Shown here: positions 17,967-27,536 of the stretch, in pieces
Numbering within the stretch: the first letter of the stretch is position 1
How the letters are laid out: each line of letters starts with the position of its first letter
IMG/VR virus record: IMGVR_UViG_3300018080_000117
Coordinates: 32,001-96,000 of that record
DNA: 64,000 nt
From: a virus
Strand: one strand, 5' to 3'
Translations under genes and position numbers: made by a program
Notes under the pieces: generated by a model
Told to the model about the DNA's origin: nothing
Seen by the model: only the letters and a program-made list of their open reading frames with translations
Database searches by the model: none

Positions 17967-18800
17967 ATGTACTTAATCACCGGCGCGGAAGGACAACTTG
18001 GAAGAGCCTTTGTTAGCTTATTTTGTCGCAAGGAGATTAGTTTCAAAGCTTTTGGGCACAGAGCCTGGGACATCACAAACGAGCCTCAGACCGCTGAGAT
18101 TATGGCCCCCTACCCCGGATGCACCGTCATCAACTGCGCCGCTTACAACTTCGTCGACGGCGCTGAAGAGAATCAAGAGTTAGCAAAAAACATTAATTCT
18201 GAAGCTCCCGCAACCCTTGCGGCCCTGTGCAAACGGCGCGGTGGAAAGCTAATCCATTTCTCGTCGGACTTTGTCTTTTCAAGTAACGACCCTACAGCCA
18301 CATTTAGTTGTGATGCCCCTGTCAACCCTATCAACTTCTACGGACTAACAAAAGCGTGGGGCGAGGAAAGGGTAAGGAGCAACCTAAAAAATCATCTTAT
18401 TGTTCGCACGTCCTTTGTTTTTGGGCATGCTCGCACACCCAACATTGTGCACAAGCTAAAAGATCTTTTGGAGCACGAACACAATCGAGGCGGAAAACCA
18501 ATAATCGCCACCCGCCCCATAAGCAAAATGACTTACGCACCGGACTTAGTCAAAGAGACATGGAAGCTGATACAGAAAAACGAGCAAGGGACTTTTCACA
18601 TTACCAACAGTGAAACATTTTGCCCGTTTGAATTGGCGTCCTTTCTAGGGGATAAATTAGGTGTCTCGTGCGCAATACCGGGGGAGTATCAAACACGGGC
18701 TCCTCGTCCAATTTGCAGCACGCTAGATGACTGTCCTGATCTTCCTAACTGGATGTCGCGGGTTGCTCTTTTTCTAAAGGAGTCACCCAGGGGGATTTAG
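17967..18800 (+). CDS. rmlD: dTDP-4-dehydrorhamnose reductase family (NDP-4-keto-6-deoxyhexose reductase)
   Basis: LITGAEGQLG, INCAAYNFVDGAE, HFSSDFVF, YGLTK (YxxxK), APRP. Confidence 0.9.
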   Translation: MYLITGAEGQLGRAFVSLFCRKEISFKAFGHRAWDITNEPQTAEIMAPYPGCTVINCAAYNFVDGAEENQELAKNINSEAPATLAALCKRRGGKLIHFSSDFVFSSNDPTATFSCDAPVNPINFYGLTKAWGEERVRSNLKNHLIVRTSFVFGHARTPNIVHKLKDLLEHEHNRGGKPIIATRPISKMTYAPDLVKETWKLIQKNEQGTFHITNSETFCPFELASFLGDKLGVSCAIPGEYQTRAPRPICSTLDDCPDLPNWMSRVALFLKESPRGI

Positions 18801-19184
18801 TTTTACAACTTCAAACTTTTCGATCTCCCCTTTTTTTACAGGAGATCCGCAAACAGGGCATACGTTGTCATAGACCTCTGTGAAGTCACAATTGCTGGGG
18901 CACGTAACACGCCGATGGGCCACAATGATTTTTCCCTCGGAATAAAAAATTCCATTAAGAACACCCAACACACCTACAAACCCTTTTCCTGAAGACCAGT
19001 GGGGAACCTTGCATTGAATTGTAGGGTGGTTTACGATCCCTTCGTTACACCACACTTCTTTTTCAAAAAGCTTACTAATCCCTCCTTGGTCCAATTGCAG
19101 GGCTTCATTTAGCAGCGCTGTCGTGTCTTCAATCGTTGGCATTAGGAAAGGCTCCGTTTGATAGCTTTTACCTTCACAATTCAC
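18783..19184 (-). CDS. hypothetical phage protein
   Basis: HPTIQC...VGVLGVLNGIF; C-terminal Zn ribbon. Confidence 0.65.
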   Translation of the reverse strand: MNCEGKSYQTEPFLMPTIEDTTALLNEALQLDQGGISKLFEKEVWCNEGIVNHPTIQCKVPHWSSGKGFVGVLGVLNGIFYSEGKIIVAHRRVTCPSNCDFTEVYDNVCPVCGSPVKKGEIEKFEVVKLNPPG

Positions 19185-19896
19185 CCCATTTTCTTTGCGC
19201 GTTTACGATTGGACCTTTGTTATCTCGCTTGCCTAAAAAACGTGCCTTGTTTTTTAGGATCAGATCATTTCGAAAGTATCCTGGGTTTCTTGCGTGCGGA
19301 AGATGGATCATACTTGTATCATCCATGTGCATCATCTTCCACGCGGCTAATTTGGCTCTCAGGTTTAGATCTTTGTCTTCGTATCCCCAACCTCGATAAG
19401 TCTCGTCAAACCCTTTGACGTAGTGCAACCAACTGGTTTTGACTCCCTGACAATTTCCTACGCCGTGCGGTTTCTTCGTAGCCGTTGCTAGTACGGTGTT
19501 GCGGTACTGTCGATACTTCTTCCAATTAAACTGGTGGGGATCAAACTTCGGAGGTGAATCCGCAAAGTCCGTCAAGCACCTTACGAACCCATGTTCAATG
19601 TTCTGCATTACTTTATGAAAAAAGTTAGGTTGGAAAATTTGGTCTACGTCTGTGATCAAAGTGTAAGGGGTCTGCACTGCCTTAATCCCAATATTCAACG
19701 CGCGTGCTTTGTGGAACAAAGCCGTGTCACGCACCACACGAATTACTTTTCCTTCTGTCTGCAACCTAACTGGCTTTGCAGATCCAAAGTCGACAACAAT
19801 TAGCCGGGGCTTAGGATCGCAATAAGCAATCGAGTGTTCGCAGTAAGCTAAGTTTTCGGTGCGGTCTTTTACCGCTATAACAACAGTTAGGTCCAT
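19174..19896 (-). CDS. GT2/GT7C-type glycosyltransferase
   Basis: LTVVIAVKDR, VVDFGS, KARALNIG, TDVD (DxD), GFDETYRGWGYEDKD. Confidence 0.92.
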   Translation of the reverse strand: MDLTVVIAVKDRTENLAYCEHSIAYCDPKPRLIVVDFGSAKPVRLQTEGKVIRVVRDTALFHKARALNIGIKAVQTPYTLITDVDQIFQPNFFHKVMQNIEHGFVRCLTDFADSPPKFDPHQFNWKKYRQYRNTVLATATKKPHGVGNCQGVKTSWLHYVKGFDETYRGWGYEDKDLNLRAKLAAWKMMHMDDTSMIHLPHARNPGYFRNDLILKNKARFLGKRDNKGPIVNAQRKWGEL

Positions 19897-20513
19897 GTGT
19901 ACCCAAACCTTTTAAAGTCGTCTGAGAACATTCCTGCGACCAAGCTTACTGAACGAGGGGTGTAGTAGGACCGGTAATCTCGATGGGAGGTTTTGTTGGT
20001 GTGCGGTAGAAAAGAGTTTACCTGAACCTTTACTGAGATCGATTTCCACGCACTTCCGATTTCTTCGAGCTTGTAATACTTACTTACGATTTGATTTCCG
20101 GCACGGTCCGACAAATACCACCATTGACCGTTGCGAATCGGGTGCCGGTAGGGATTTGATTTTTCGAACCACTCTACAAATTCAGGAAAGCCTAGCTTGT
20201 TAGCAATTTGATGTCTTGGATCGTGGGTGTCTTTTCGGATGTAAAAATAAGCAGAGACCATCCAATCAAATGGGTTCCTCACTATCCCAAAGCTAAACAT
20301 CTCTGCCCAGGAGGCATACCCCATGTGTTGCCTAAGGTCTCTGGCGGGGGCGTGCTTCCACAGTCTAGGATTTGCTTGCTTAGCTACCCCCGGTGGCGGA
20401 TTGTGTTGGTAGACCCCGACGGTTGCGTGCTTGCCCAAAACCTTTTTGATACTGGTCCCACCAGTTTTCGGGATGTGGACAAAAACAAATTTTTTGGTGT
20501 TGGAAATGATCAT
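19887..20513 (-). CDS. sulfotransferase (Sulfotransfer_2, carbohydrate-sulfotransferase-like)
   Basis: 5'-PSB FVHIPKTGGTS, 3'-PB VRNPFDWMVSAY, DFKRFGY. Confidence 0.9.
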   Translation of the reverse strand: MIISNTKKFVFVHIPKTGGTSIKKVLGKHATVGVYQHNPPPGVAKQANPRLWKHAPARDLRQHMGYASWAEMFSFGIVRNPFDWMVSAYFYIRKDTHDPRHQIANKLGFPEFVEWFEKSNPYRHPIRNGQWWYLSDRAGNQIVSKYYKLEEIGSAWKSISVKVQVNSFLPHTNKTSHRDYRSYYTPRSVSLVAGMFSDDFKRFGYTWT

Positions 20514-21190
20514 TTTTTCCAGTGGACCAGTTTAGGGTCAATCCACGTCTCAACCTGTCGTTTATTGAGCGTTGGTTTTTCCTCGATGAACTTACAAATC
20601 TGCTTGTAGGTCTTCCACGGCTTAGTGAACAATTTCTTGAACTCCAAGTCCATGTACTTAGCAAAGCCGTAGTGAGCCCTCACACGCTTCTCGTGCTCTG
20701 CCCATGCTCTGATATGGGTTTTGATAGTTGGAAGGCTTGCATCGCGCTCCACGGGGTTCCTAGAGCCTTTCCACATTCTCTGCGTGCTCTTGGCTTGCGC
20801 ATCGATGTCGCGCTGCATACACAACACGTACACTTCAACGTCAGGCACGCCTGCGAGAAAAGCTAAGTGAAGGTATCGCTGGGCCTTGAACGCAACTAAG
20901 TTTTTCGCAAATTCCTTTTCGAGTATTTTTTTGAATTCGTCGGTATGTCTCTTCGCCACCGTTCTCAAGTTACTTATCTCAGGAACGTACTGCAGGTTGT
21001 CTCCGTAGAACATTCCCCAAACGTTGCGCTGGAATTCTCGAAAAGACCTTAGCTCAAAGTAGCCTTTTGGGTTCATCGGACTTTTACCCGTAAGACTTTT
21101 TCCAACGTCGCAGCCGTGGATCTTAAGCAACCCCATCGTTGCACTAGTGCCCATCCTCCCCAAACGACTTCCCACCAGAACGATTTTCAT
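20510..21190 (-). CDS. sulfotransferase-family protein
   Basis: P-loop-like VLVGSRLGRMGTS, NPKGYFE, MQRD...KS. Confidence 0.75.
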   Translation of the reverse strand: MKIVLVGSRLGRMGTSATMGLLKIHGCDVGKSLTGKSPMNPKGYFELRSFREFQRNVWGMFYGDNLQYVPEISNLRTVAKRHTDEFKKILEKEFAKNLVAFKAQRYLHLAFLAGVPDVEVYVLCMQRDIDAQAKSTQRMWKGSRNPVERDASLPTIKTHIRAWAEHEKRVRAHYGFAKYMDLEFKKLFTKPWKTYKQICKFIEEKPTLNKRQVETWIDPKLVHWKK

Positions 21191-21912
21191 TTTTTACTAA
21201 GCTCCTGGAGCTTGTTGTACAACGGTAAGAGGTTTTCAGGATAGCGCATTGGCTTAGACCGTTTTAGTTTTACGTCAGGAAATTTTCGATCAACATCGGC
21301 AATAACGGCATCAACCACTTTTTCGATTCCCGCCTTCGTCAGTATCTCGTCAAAGGAGATAAACTTCCAAGGGCGTGTACTGTCGGCATAGTGGTTTAAG
21401 ATGTTTAGGTACATGTCTTCCCACACACCAAACAAGTAAGAGGCGTCGTGTTTGTAGTTTGCTAGGTACTTAGCTTTTCTTATCTCCTGCCGCATACTAG
21501 AAACCGTAATTCCAGGGTTTCGAAAGACGACCAAAACAACGGTGTTGGAGGGAAGATAGGCGTCCCAGGTAGGAAATGTGTACGAAAGCCGGGGGTCCTT
21601 CAAACAAAACGGTTTGGGTCTTGGTTGCAGGTACTTTCTAATCAGCACCCGCTGTTGATAAGTCGAGTACAGCGGCGTACCTGGAGCTAATCTTTTTAAC
21701 CACCAATGCCCCCTCGGTACCTGTCTTTGCGTTGTTTGCTTCAGTATCCCCTCATTGATCTCGTGGTTGACCGTAGAATCCTCGAAGAAGCCTTTCGGAT
21801 TAGCAGGGCTCGGCGGAATAAGATTGTCGCCGTGCCAATGCGTTTTGTTCATAAGCCCCGCCAGTAGGCTGCTTCCACTTCTACCGGACCCGAGAACCAC
21901 GACGTTTTTCAT
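21187..21912 (-). CDS. sulfotransferase-family protein
   Basis: VVLGSGRSGSS, ANPKGFFED, LKDPRL, VFRNP...SS. Confidence 0.85.
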   Translation of the reverse strand: MKNVVVLGSGRSGSSLLAGLMNKTHWHGDNLIPPSPANPKGFFEDSTVNHEINEGILKQTTQRQVPRGHWWLKRLAPGTPLYSTYQQRVLIRKYLQPRPKPFCLKDPRLSYTFPTWDAYLPSNTVVLVVFRNPGITVSSMRQEIRKAKYLANYKHDASYLFGVWEDMYLNILNHYADSTRPWKFISFDEILTKAGIEKVVDAVIADVDRKFPDVKLKRSKPMRYPENLLPLYNKLQELSKK

Positions 21913-22811
21913 TTTGAGAAAACCTTTTTGAAGCTAGAAATTATTGTTTGCGGGTGCGTCCACCGCGTATGTTGGTTGTTGGGCAACCACGGTTGTGCAA
22001 GCATTTTCAAATAAGCCTCGTCGTTGCTGTCCAAAAAAGCTACCTGATCTAGCAGTGCCCTCAGTACTGACGAGTATCCGCTAATGCCCTTGTGGTAGGG
22101 GTGAACAAAACTATCTCCGTTGAAGTCTCTGCACACCTCAGGATTACCCCAATAAATAGGAATCGCATTAGCTAGCATCGCATGGTAGATCTTCTCGGTT
22201 GTGTAACCGGGGTAAGCACTGTTCTCAAAGGAGATGACAAACTTGTACGGTTTGAGGTAGTCTATTTTTTCCTGAAAAAAGTTTGGACTGCTGTGCCTGC
22301 TGCTGTGCGGGTCTTTGTACCCACCGATCGGTTTTGCATTGTTCCTGCAGTTACCCGGCGAATCGACTCGCTTGTACTTGTTCAAAACATCGAACATTTG
22401 ATTTCGAATTGTAATGTTGTGGGCGTAGACGAATGCACAAAACTTAGTTTTGCTAGCTAGGATTTTTTCGGGGTCGTAATCCTTGGGTTTGATTAGGTCT
22501 TGTCCTGCACCATTCTTGACGTAGTTCGGCACCCGAAAGTAATGCGGCTTTTGAATCTCATCTTCGTAGTCAGTGCCCATGCACCAATCACAATTTTTTG
22601 TGTCCGGCCTTACGTTCTCGTTGTTGAAAAATATCCTGGTGTAATTTGTTCTTCCTTTGATCCCCTGCCCAGACAAGACATGTGTTGGGTTAGCCCGATC
22701 GTGAATAAACTCGAAGTGATCGAAGAGGTATGTCATTTTTCGGAAGAACCTGTTGGCGGTAAGTTGCTTGCTCCACATATTGCGAACGTCGGTGCGGACT
22801 CTTGTTTTCAT
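21909..22811 (-). CDS. GT10 alpha-1,3-fucosyltransferase-like protein
   Basis: KTKFCAFVY and the GT10 motif YKFVISFENSAYPGYTTEKIYHAMLANAIPIYWG. Confidence 0.9.
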   Translation of the reverse strand: MKTRVRTDVRNMWSKQLTANRFFRKMTYLFDHFEFIHDRANPTHVLSGQGIKGRTNYTRIFFNNENVRPDTKNCDWCMGTDYEDEIQKPHYFRVPNYVKNGAGQDLIKPKDYDPEKILASKTKFCAFVYAHNITIRNQMFDVLNKYKRVDSPGNCRNNAKPIGGYKDPHSSRHSSPNFFQEKIDYLKPYKFVISFENSAYPGYTTEKIYHAMLANAIPIYWGNPEVCRDFNGDSFVHPYHKGISGYSSVLRALLDQVAFLDSNDEAYLKMLAQPWLPNNQHTRWTHPQTIISSFKKVFSK

Positions 22812-23655
22812 GTCTTTTTCTTTCGTACGCACGCTCAACTGGATCGAGTGCTTTTTCGATCGGGTCTTGCGAAATCGCTTGTGAGAACAGACCATGCGAT
22901 CGCAGCCACTCCCGGAACCTGCCCATTTCCAGTGGCTTTGACGCGGTCCATCCGATTGGCCACCCCATCATCCACTCGCGCAAAGCGGGGTAGACGCCAC
23001 CAGTCAGTGACTTCACACCTCCCTTGTTGCTGCCGTAGAGACTTGCTGTTGGTGTTGGCAATTTGTTCAGCACCGTAGCCAAACCATTGCCCGACCTGGA
23101 GGACGCCCCTTTCTTGTTGTAGTCTCCGCATACTGTCAAGGTTGGCAGCATTTCCAATCCACTCACTGGACACGGCAACGATCCACATTCGTCTTCGCTC
23201 ATGGTTCGCACCGATGTCCCCAGCTCCCAATACCCCGACCCGTCCCACATACCCCATGCTGATAAATCTCTCGACGATTGTGGCCAACCCCTTGGTACGT
23301 AGGTGCGGACTGTTTTCCGTGAACACAAACGTAGGCCGCACTTCATCAACAATTCTGAGCATTTCGTAGACAAGCCCAGAACGTGATCCGGTAATTCCAG
23401 CACCTTGACCCGCCGCACTGATATCCTGGCATGGGAATCCTCCGCTAATGACATCAACGTGTCCGCGCCAGGAGCGCCCGTCGAACGTGCGAACGTCGTC
23501 CCATATTGGGAATCGGGGCAAGCACCCATCTCGCTGTCTGCCGAGCAATATCTGCTGGCAGTAGGGATCAAGCTCGACAGCGCAGACGGTGCGCCATCCA
23601 AGCAAGTGTGAGGCCAGCAAGCCGCCTCCTGCCCCTGCAAATAATGCCAGCTCAT
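22690..23655 (-). CDS. overlapping alternative-frame ORF, putative second (motif IX) subunit of the C5 methyltransferase
   Basis: Open for 321 codons inside the MTase; carries LPTPTAS and REWMMGWPIGWT. Confidence 0.6.
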   Translation of the reverse strand: MSWHYLQGQEAACWPHTCLDGAPSALSSLIPTASRYCSADSEMGACPDSQYGTTFARSTGAPGADTLMSLAEDSHARISVRRVKVLELPDHVLGLSTKCSELLMKCGLRLCSRKTVRTYVPRGWPQSSRDLSAWGMWDGSGYWELGTSVRTMSEDECGSLPCPVSGLEMLPTLTVCGDYNKKGASSRSGNGLATVLNKLPTPTASLYGSNKGGVKSLTGGVYPALREWMMGWPIGWTASKPLEMGRFREWLRSHGLFSQAISQDPIEKALDPVERAYERKRHENKSPHRRSQYVEQATYRQQVLPKNDIPLRSLRVYSRSG

Positions 23656-23674
23656 TCACGCCTGTCTCGACCAA
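22835..23674 (-). CDS. DNA cytosine-C5 methyltransferase (motifs I-VIII and X)
   Basis: LFAGAGGG, SGGFPCQDIS, TENSP, HERRRMWIV, GNGQVP. Confidence 0.92.
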   Translation of the reverse strand: MVETGVNELALFAGAGGGLLASHLLGWRTVCAVELDPYCQQILLGRQRDGCLPRFPIWDDVRTFDGRSWRGHVDVISGGFPCQDISAAGQGAGITGSRSGLVYEMLRIVDEVRPTFVFTENSPHLRTKGLATIVERFISMGYVGRVGVLGAGDIGANHERRRMWIVAVSSEWIGNAANLDSMRRLQQERGVLQVGQWFGYGAEQIANTNSKSLRQQQGRCEVTDWWRLPRFARVDDGVANRMDRVKATGNGQVPGVAAIAWSVLTSDFARPDRKSTRSS

Positions 23675-24294
23675 GAAGGGAATTTACGAACAAAGGGGCT
23701 TTCGGTTTTATTCAGTTCCAACAGACCCCAGCCCACCAAAGGATGGTAGGGACTGGTCTTTTCTTCGTAACTCGGATAAACAACAGTGTGCGGTACCGTA
23801 CAACAATCTTTGATGTAAGCGTAGGAGCAAACCTGGTTGTTGTACCGGTCGAACTGAAATTGCTTTTTACCAGGCACCTGAAAATCGTCGATGAGGATAA
23901 ACCAAGAACGATCACCAACGTGCTTGCAAATCATTCTTACTTCGTCTCTCAAAGGCCATTGAAAGCCCCTGCCGTGCGCGTCTAACCAAAAGACAGCACT
24001 ATACACGTCCAACTTTGGCAGGAGCTTAGGAAGGAACTGTTGACTTGTGGCATGGTACAACCGAACATTGTTCATCCCAGCACAATTTTGCTTAGCTCTG
24101 GCAAACTGCTTTTCGTCCGCTTCACAACTGTAGCAAAGCAAAGAAGGGTGGTTGCCTGCTACGTAGTGCAAGGTGGCCCCGATATTAGTTCCTGTCTCCA
24201 CAAACACTAGCGTATTCTTGAGCAGGTACGCGGCACCTTGCATTAGGTAGTAATCGCCGTGGAAGCCTACCGGGGGATAAATTTTTCTGTTCAC
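23656..24294 (-). CDS. class I SAM-dependent methyltransferase (glycan-cluster type)
   Basis: FVETGTNIG, FWLDAHG, ILIDDF. Confidence 0.75.
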   Translation of the reverse strand: MNRKIYPPVGFHGDYYLMQGAAYLLKNTLVFVETGTNIGATLHYVAGNHPSLLCYSCEADEKQFARAKQNCAGMNNVRLYHATSQQFLPKLLPKLDVYSAVFWLDAHGRGFQWPLRDEVRMICKHVGDRSWFILIDDFQVPGKKQFQFDRYNNQVCSYAYIKDCCTVPHTVVYPSYEEKTSPYHPLVGWGLLELNKTESPFVRKFPSWSRQA

Positions 24295-25004
24295 AACTTT
24301 CCTGCCTTCTTGAGATCGTTGCAGGGGTGGTCGGTGTGGATAAGCTGCGCTCGTGGAATATTTGCGGCGTTGTGAACCTTATCGACGAATCGTGCGGGGG
24401 TAAAGAAAAGGTTGTTTGCAAGCTTTCGTGCTCGATGGTAGCCAAAAGTCTTTAGGTAGACCTCCAGCTCGATTTCTTTTTCCCGGTCGATTGCCTCGCA
24501 AACGATAATGCTGGGGGCGTACTTTCTAAGGTCAAACCCCTTCAGCACTCTTAGTTCTGCACCCTCCACGTCGATCGTTACCATATCGACCTTAGGAACT
24601 TGAGCTTCGGTAAGAAGAGTGTTCAAACACCTTGCGGGAACCTTTACTTTCTTGTACCCCCGAAAAGCTTTGGGATAAGCTTTTTTGAAGTACTCGCCCA
24701 TGCTCGGATCGATCGTGCTAAGCGTTCCAAGCTCGTTCAAGTAGAAATCCATCTCTTCTTGATCACACTCACAACACGCGCCTGAAAACACCACTGACTT
24801 AGGCCGATTCTTTTTTACGAGTTCTGCGTAGGCCGGGTGCACCTCGACGCAGAGCCCTTGCCAACCAGCCTGCTCGAAGCTGTAGGAGTTAGAAAAGCGC
24901 TTACCGTCAAGCGCCCCCACATCCACAAAAAACCCCTTGTAGCCAGGATCAAACACCGACCAAAGAATTTTGTCTTCGCCGTTTTGGGAGTAGTATTTAG
25001 GCAC
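24291..25004 (-). CDS. FkbM-family methyltransferase
   Basis: YYSQNGED, FFVDVGALDG, SNSYSFE, TIDVEGAELRVLKG. Confidence 0.92.
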   Translation of the reverse strand: MPKYYSQNGEDKILWSVFDPGYKGFFVDVGALDGKRFSNSYSFEQAGWQGLCVEVHPAYAELVKKNRPKSVVFSGACCECDQEEMDFYLNELGTLSTIDPSMGEYFKKAYPKAFRGYKKVKVPARCLNTLLTEAQVPKVDMVTIDVEGAELRVLKGFDLRKYAPSIIVCEAIDREKEIELEVYLKTFGYHRARKLANNLFFTPARFVDKVHNAANIPRAQLIHTDHPCNDLKKAGKL

Positions 25005-25235
25005 CTCTAATCTCCTTTGGTGTGATCTCACGCCATTCAGGAAAAAGTTGCAGAAAGCGATCGACTGCTAAATCATCTGCCCGCAGTACCTCGCCAGCTC
25101 CAATTCAGATCTCTTCGGTGCCACAAGCCGTGTTTGCCGCGCTTAACCCAAAACTTGTGCATCTTAGCCGCGTTCTTCCTGGTTTTCCTTAGCCACCTTG
25201 CTGTCTTTTTCATAGCAACCTCCAACAAATGAAAT

Positions 25236-26072
25236 TTACTTCTGCAAAGCCTTCCTTTTCATCCGCTCTGCTTTGGCATCTACCCAAATATCCTTCAAAG
25301 GAATAAACGTCGGCTCCTTCTGTCTTCCGAGATTAGCTTGCTTCAATCGCTTAGTTACCTCGTAAGGGTGTTTTCTCGTCGTCTCCCAAATACTTCTACG
25401 GTGCCACAACAAAAACTTCGAGTAGCCTTTTGCGTGCCACAGGTGGTAGAGCTTGTGATCAAACTTATGCTCTTTACCTAAAATGTGCTTAGCTCGCCAA
25501 GCGATGTCATTGTCGTTACCGCCCCACCCCAAGTAGTTTTCGTTGTACCCACCGAGGCGATCCCAAAAAAACTTAGCGTTGGCTGCTACGGAATACCCTG
25601 CGAACAAAAGTGTTCCCGACTTCTGACGTTCAGCCTTTTCTAAGTGCTTACGTTCAAGCTTCTTCGTCTGCATTACTTCTGCAGAAGCTTTTGCATCCAT
25701 AGCCAGCATCGTACTCCACGCAATAAAGTAAGGCGCTCTAAAATTTCTTACTGCTTGAAGATACGTCTCCGAACACACCAAATCGATGTCGTAAAACAAG
25801 TAACGTTCGCCGTTGGCAATCTTCGCCCCGACGTTGGCCATCCAGGGTTGGTTGAAGTGGTTTTCTCCAGGGCCTTCGATTTGAATGTACTTGTCGACTG
25901 GAAGATCCTGGTAGTACGGTCCACCTGTTCTTAACCCGCCTAACAAAGCATTGATTTGTTCGACAAGAATAATCTCGTATTCGACGTTTCTGCTTTGCCT
26001 AAGAAAATGGATGCACGTTTGCGCGTGCTCTTGCCTGTTTTTCCCTGTGATGGGAATTATGACCGAGAGCAA
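25236..26072 (-). CDS. GT2/GT7C-type glycosyltransferase
   Basis: LSVIIP, IILVEQ, ANVGA, FYDID, GGYNENYLGWGGND, HLWH. Confidence 0.88.
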   Translation of the reverse strand: MLSVIIPITGKNRQEHAQTCIHFLRQSRNVEYEIILVEQINALLGGLRTGGPYYQDLPVDKYIQIEGPGENHFNQPWMANVGAKIANGERYLFYDIDLVCSETYLQAVRNFRAPYFIAWSTMLAMDAKASAEVMQTKKLERKHLEKAERQKSGTLLFAGYSVAANAKFFWDRLGGYNENYLGWGGNDNDIAWRAKHILGKEHKFDHKLYHLWHAKGYSKFLLWHRRSIWETTRKHPYEVTKRLKQANLGRQKEPTFIPLKDIWVDAKAERMKRKALQK

Positions 26073-26074
26073 GG

Positions 26075-26311
26075 CTACCTCCTCAATAGCTTTGTTTGTA
26101 CGGTTTTCAGACCAGTAATCGAAACCTGCTTGTTGTGCCCCTTGTTCAAACAAGGACCAACACACTCACCTTTTGAGTTCACTAAGGTTAGCCCACAACC
26201 CTCACAAAGGACAGAAGCTAAGTAGCCATGTTCAACCAGCCCCACAAAGTCATTTGGTTGGTCTAAATCCGGATACACGTCTTTCATACATTGTTGGCAG
26301 TACGATCCCAT
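26075..26311 (-). CDS. small Cys-rich hypothetical protein
   Basis: CQQC...LCEGCG...GECVGPC. Confidence 0.65.
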   Translation of the reverse strand: MGSYCQQCMKDVYPDLDQPNDFVGLVEHGYLASVLCEGCGLTLVNSKGECVGPCLNKGHNKQVSITGLKTVQTKLLRR

Positions 26312-26527
26312 TTACGCATCCTCCGTTGGCGGAATGTAACCCAGGCCCACCTTTTTAACAAAAAGCGCTTCCGGAAAATACTCGGCAACCTCTTCCAGAT
26401 TTTTAGCAAGACAGTAAATGTGTCCGTCCTGCACGTCGATGTAGTCGCCATCTACTTCAGCGGTGCTTTTCAATGCGTTCGTTGTTTTGAGTTCTACTAA
26501 GTAGCAATTCATTTTAGGGAACTCCAC
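26312..26527 (-). CDS. hypothetical protein
   Basis: 71 aa ORF abutting the next gene. Confidence 0.5.
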   Translation of the reverse strand: MEFPKMNCYLVELKTTNALKSTAEVDGDYIDVQDGHIYCLAKNLEEVAEYFPEALFVKKVGLGYIPPTEDA

Positions 26528-26627
26528 AAAACATCGTCATCCCGAACAAGAAATTCTGGAACCCAGAAGCACCCTTCCGCAATACTGAATAACTGGACAA
26601 GGCTAATATCCATTTTTGGGTCCCTTT

Positions 26628-27536
26628 CTATTTGGGTTGCAGTAGGATCTTATCAAATTGTTTTCTAATCTTTTCGGGGTCGACCCAATCGGTGTACGTG
26701 TTGTTGGGAAGCCAGGGTTGCCTAAGCTTAGCTAAGTATTTGTTAGGATCCTTGTCAACAGCCTCAACCTTATCCACCAACGCGGCAAAGCTGCCATCGA
26801 AATTAATAAAGCTCTTGGGGTTAAAATCGCGGTGAACTTGAGTGTTGCCCCAATAAATCGGAATGCAGCCAGCGAGCATGGCAAGATAAAGTTTTTCGGA
26901 GGTGTACCTGTTATCTCGTTCGTTCTCGAAGGCAATGACAAACTTGTACTGCCGGTAGAACTCCACCACCTCATCAAACTTACGGTACAGACGGCGTCTA
27001 AGGTGGTGTCTGAGGTTTTGTCGGGTTGCCCCACCCAAAGGAGCCATGTTGTTACAAACCGCCCCAGGGGCGTCTACGCGCTTGTAGCGTGACAACAGTT
27101 CAAAGAACCTCATTCGATTAGGTTCAGGGTTTGAGTAAACAAACGCGCAAAACTTAGTTTTGCTAGCTAGGATTTTTTCGGGGTTGTAGTGGGGAGGTTT
27201 GATCAAATCAGGACCGGCTCCAATCCTGGCATAGTTTGGCAACCGATAATGCCTCGGGTTGTTGTCCACGTCTTCGGGGTAGAAAAACGTAAACGAGTAG
27301 TCAGCCTGCTTGAGATTCGGACCGTGGTTCTCAACAGGAATCCAAACCTTCTTGGCTGTCTTAGGAATGTTCTTAGCCTGGTGGGGCTTAGAATAAAAAA
27401 CAACTCTTGGGTTTGAAGGAACAAAATCGTAGTTGTTAGCCACGCATTTGAGCCTAGCAAACAAAATATTGGCACTTATCTCCGGACGCCACATCCAAGC
27501 TACTGCAGGCACTTCAATCATTTTAGGTTTTCCCAT
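26628..27536 (-). CDS. second GT10 alpha-1,3-fucosyltransferase-like protein
   Basis: KTKFCAFVYSN, YKFVIAFENE...YTSEKLYLAMLAGCIPIYWG. Confidence 0.9.
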   Translation of the reverse strand: MGKPKMIEVPAVAWMWRPEISANILFARLKCVANNYDFVPSNPRVVFYSKPHQAKNIPKTAKKVWIPVENHGPNLKQADYSFTFFYPEDVDNNPRHYRLPNYARIGAGPDLIKPPHYNPEKILASKTKFCAFVYSNPEPNRMRFFELLSRYKRVDAPGAVCNNMAPLGGATRQNLRHHLRRRLYRKFDEVVEFYRQYKFVIAFENERDNRYTSEKLYLAMLAGCIPIYWGNTQVHRDFNPKSFINFDGSFAALVDKVEAVDKDPNKYLAKLRQPWLPNNTYTDWVDPEKIRKQFDKILLQPK

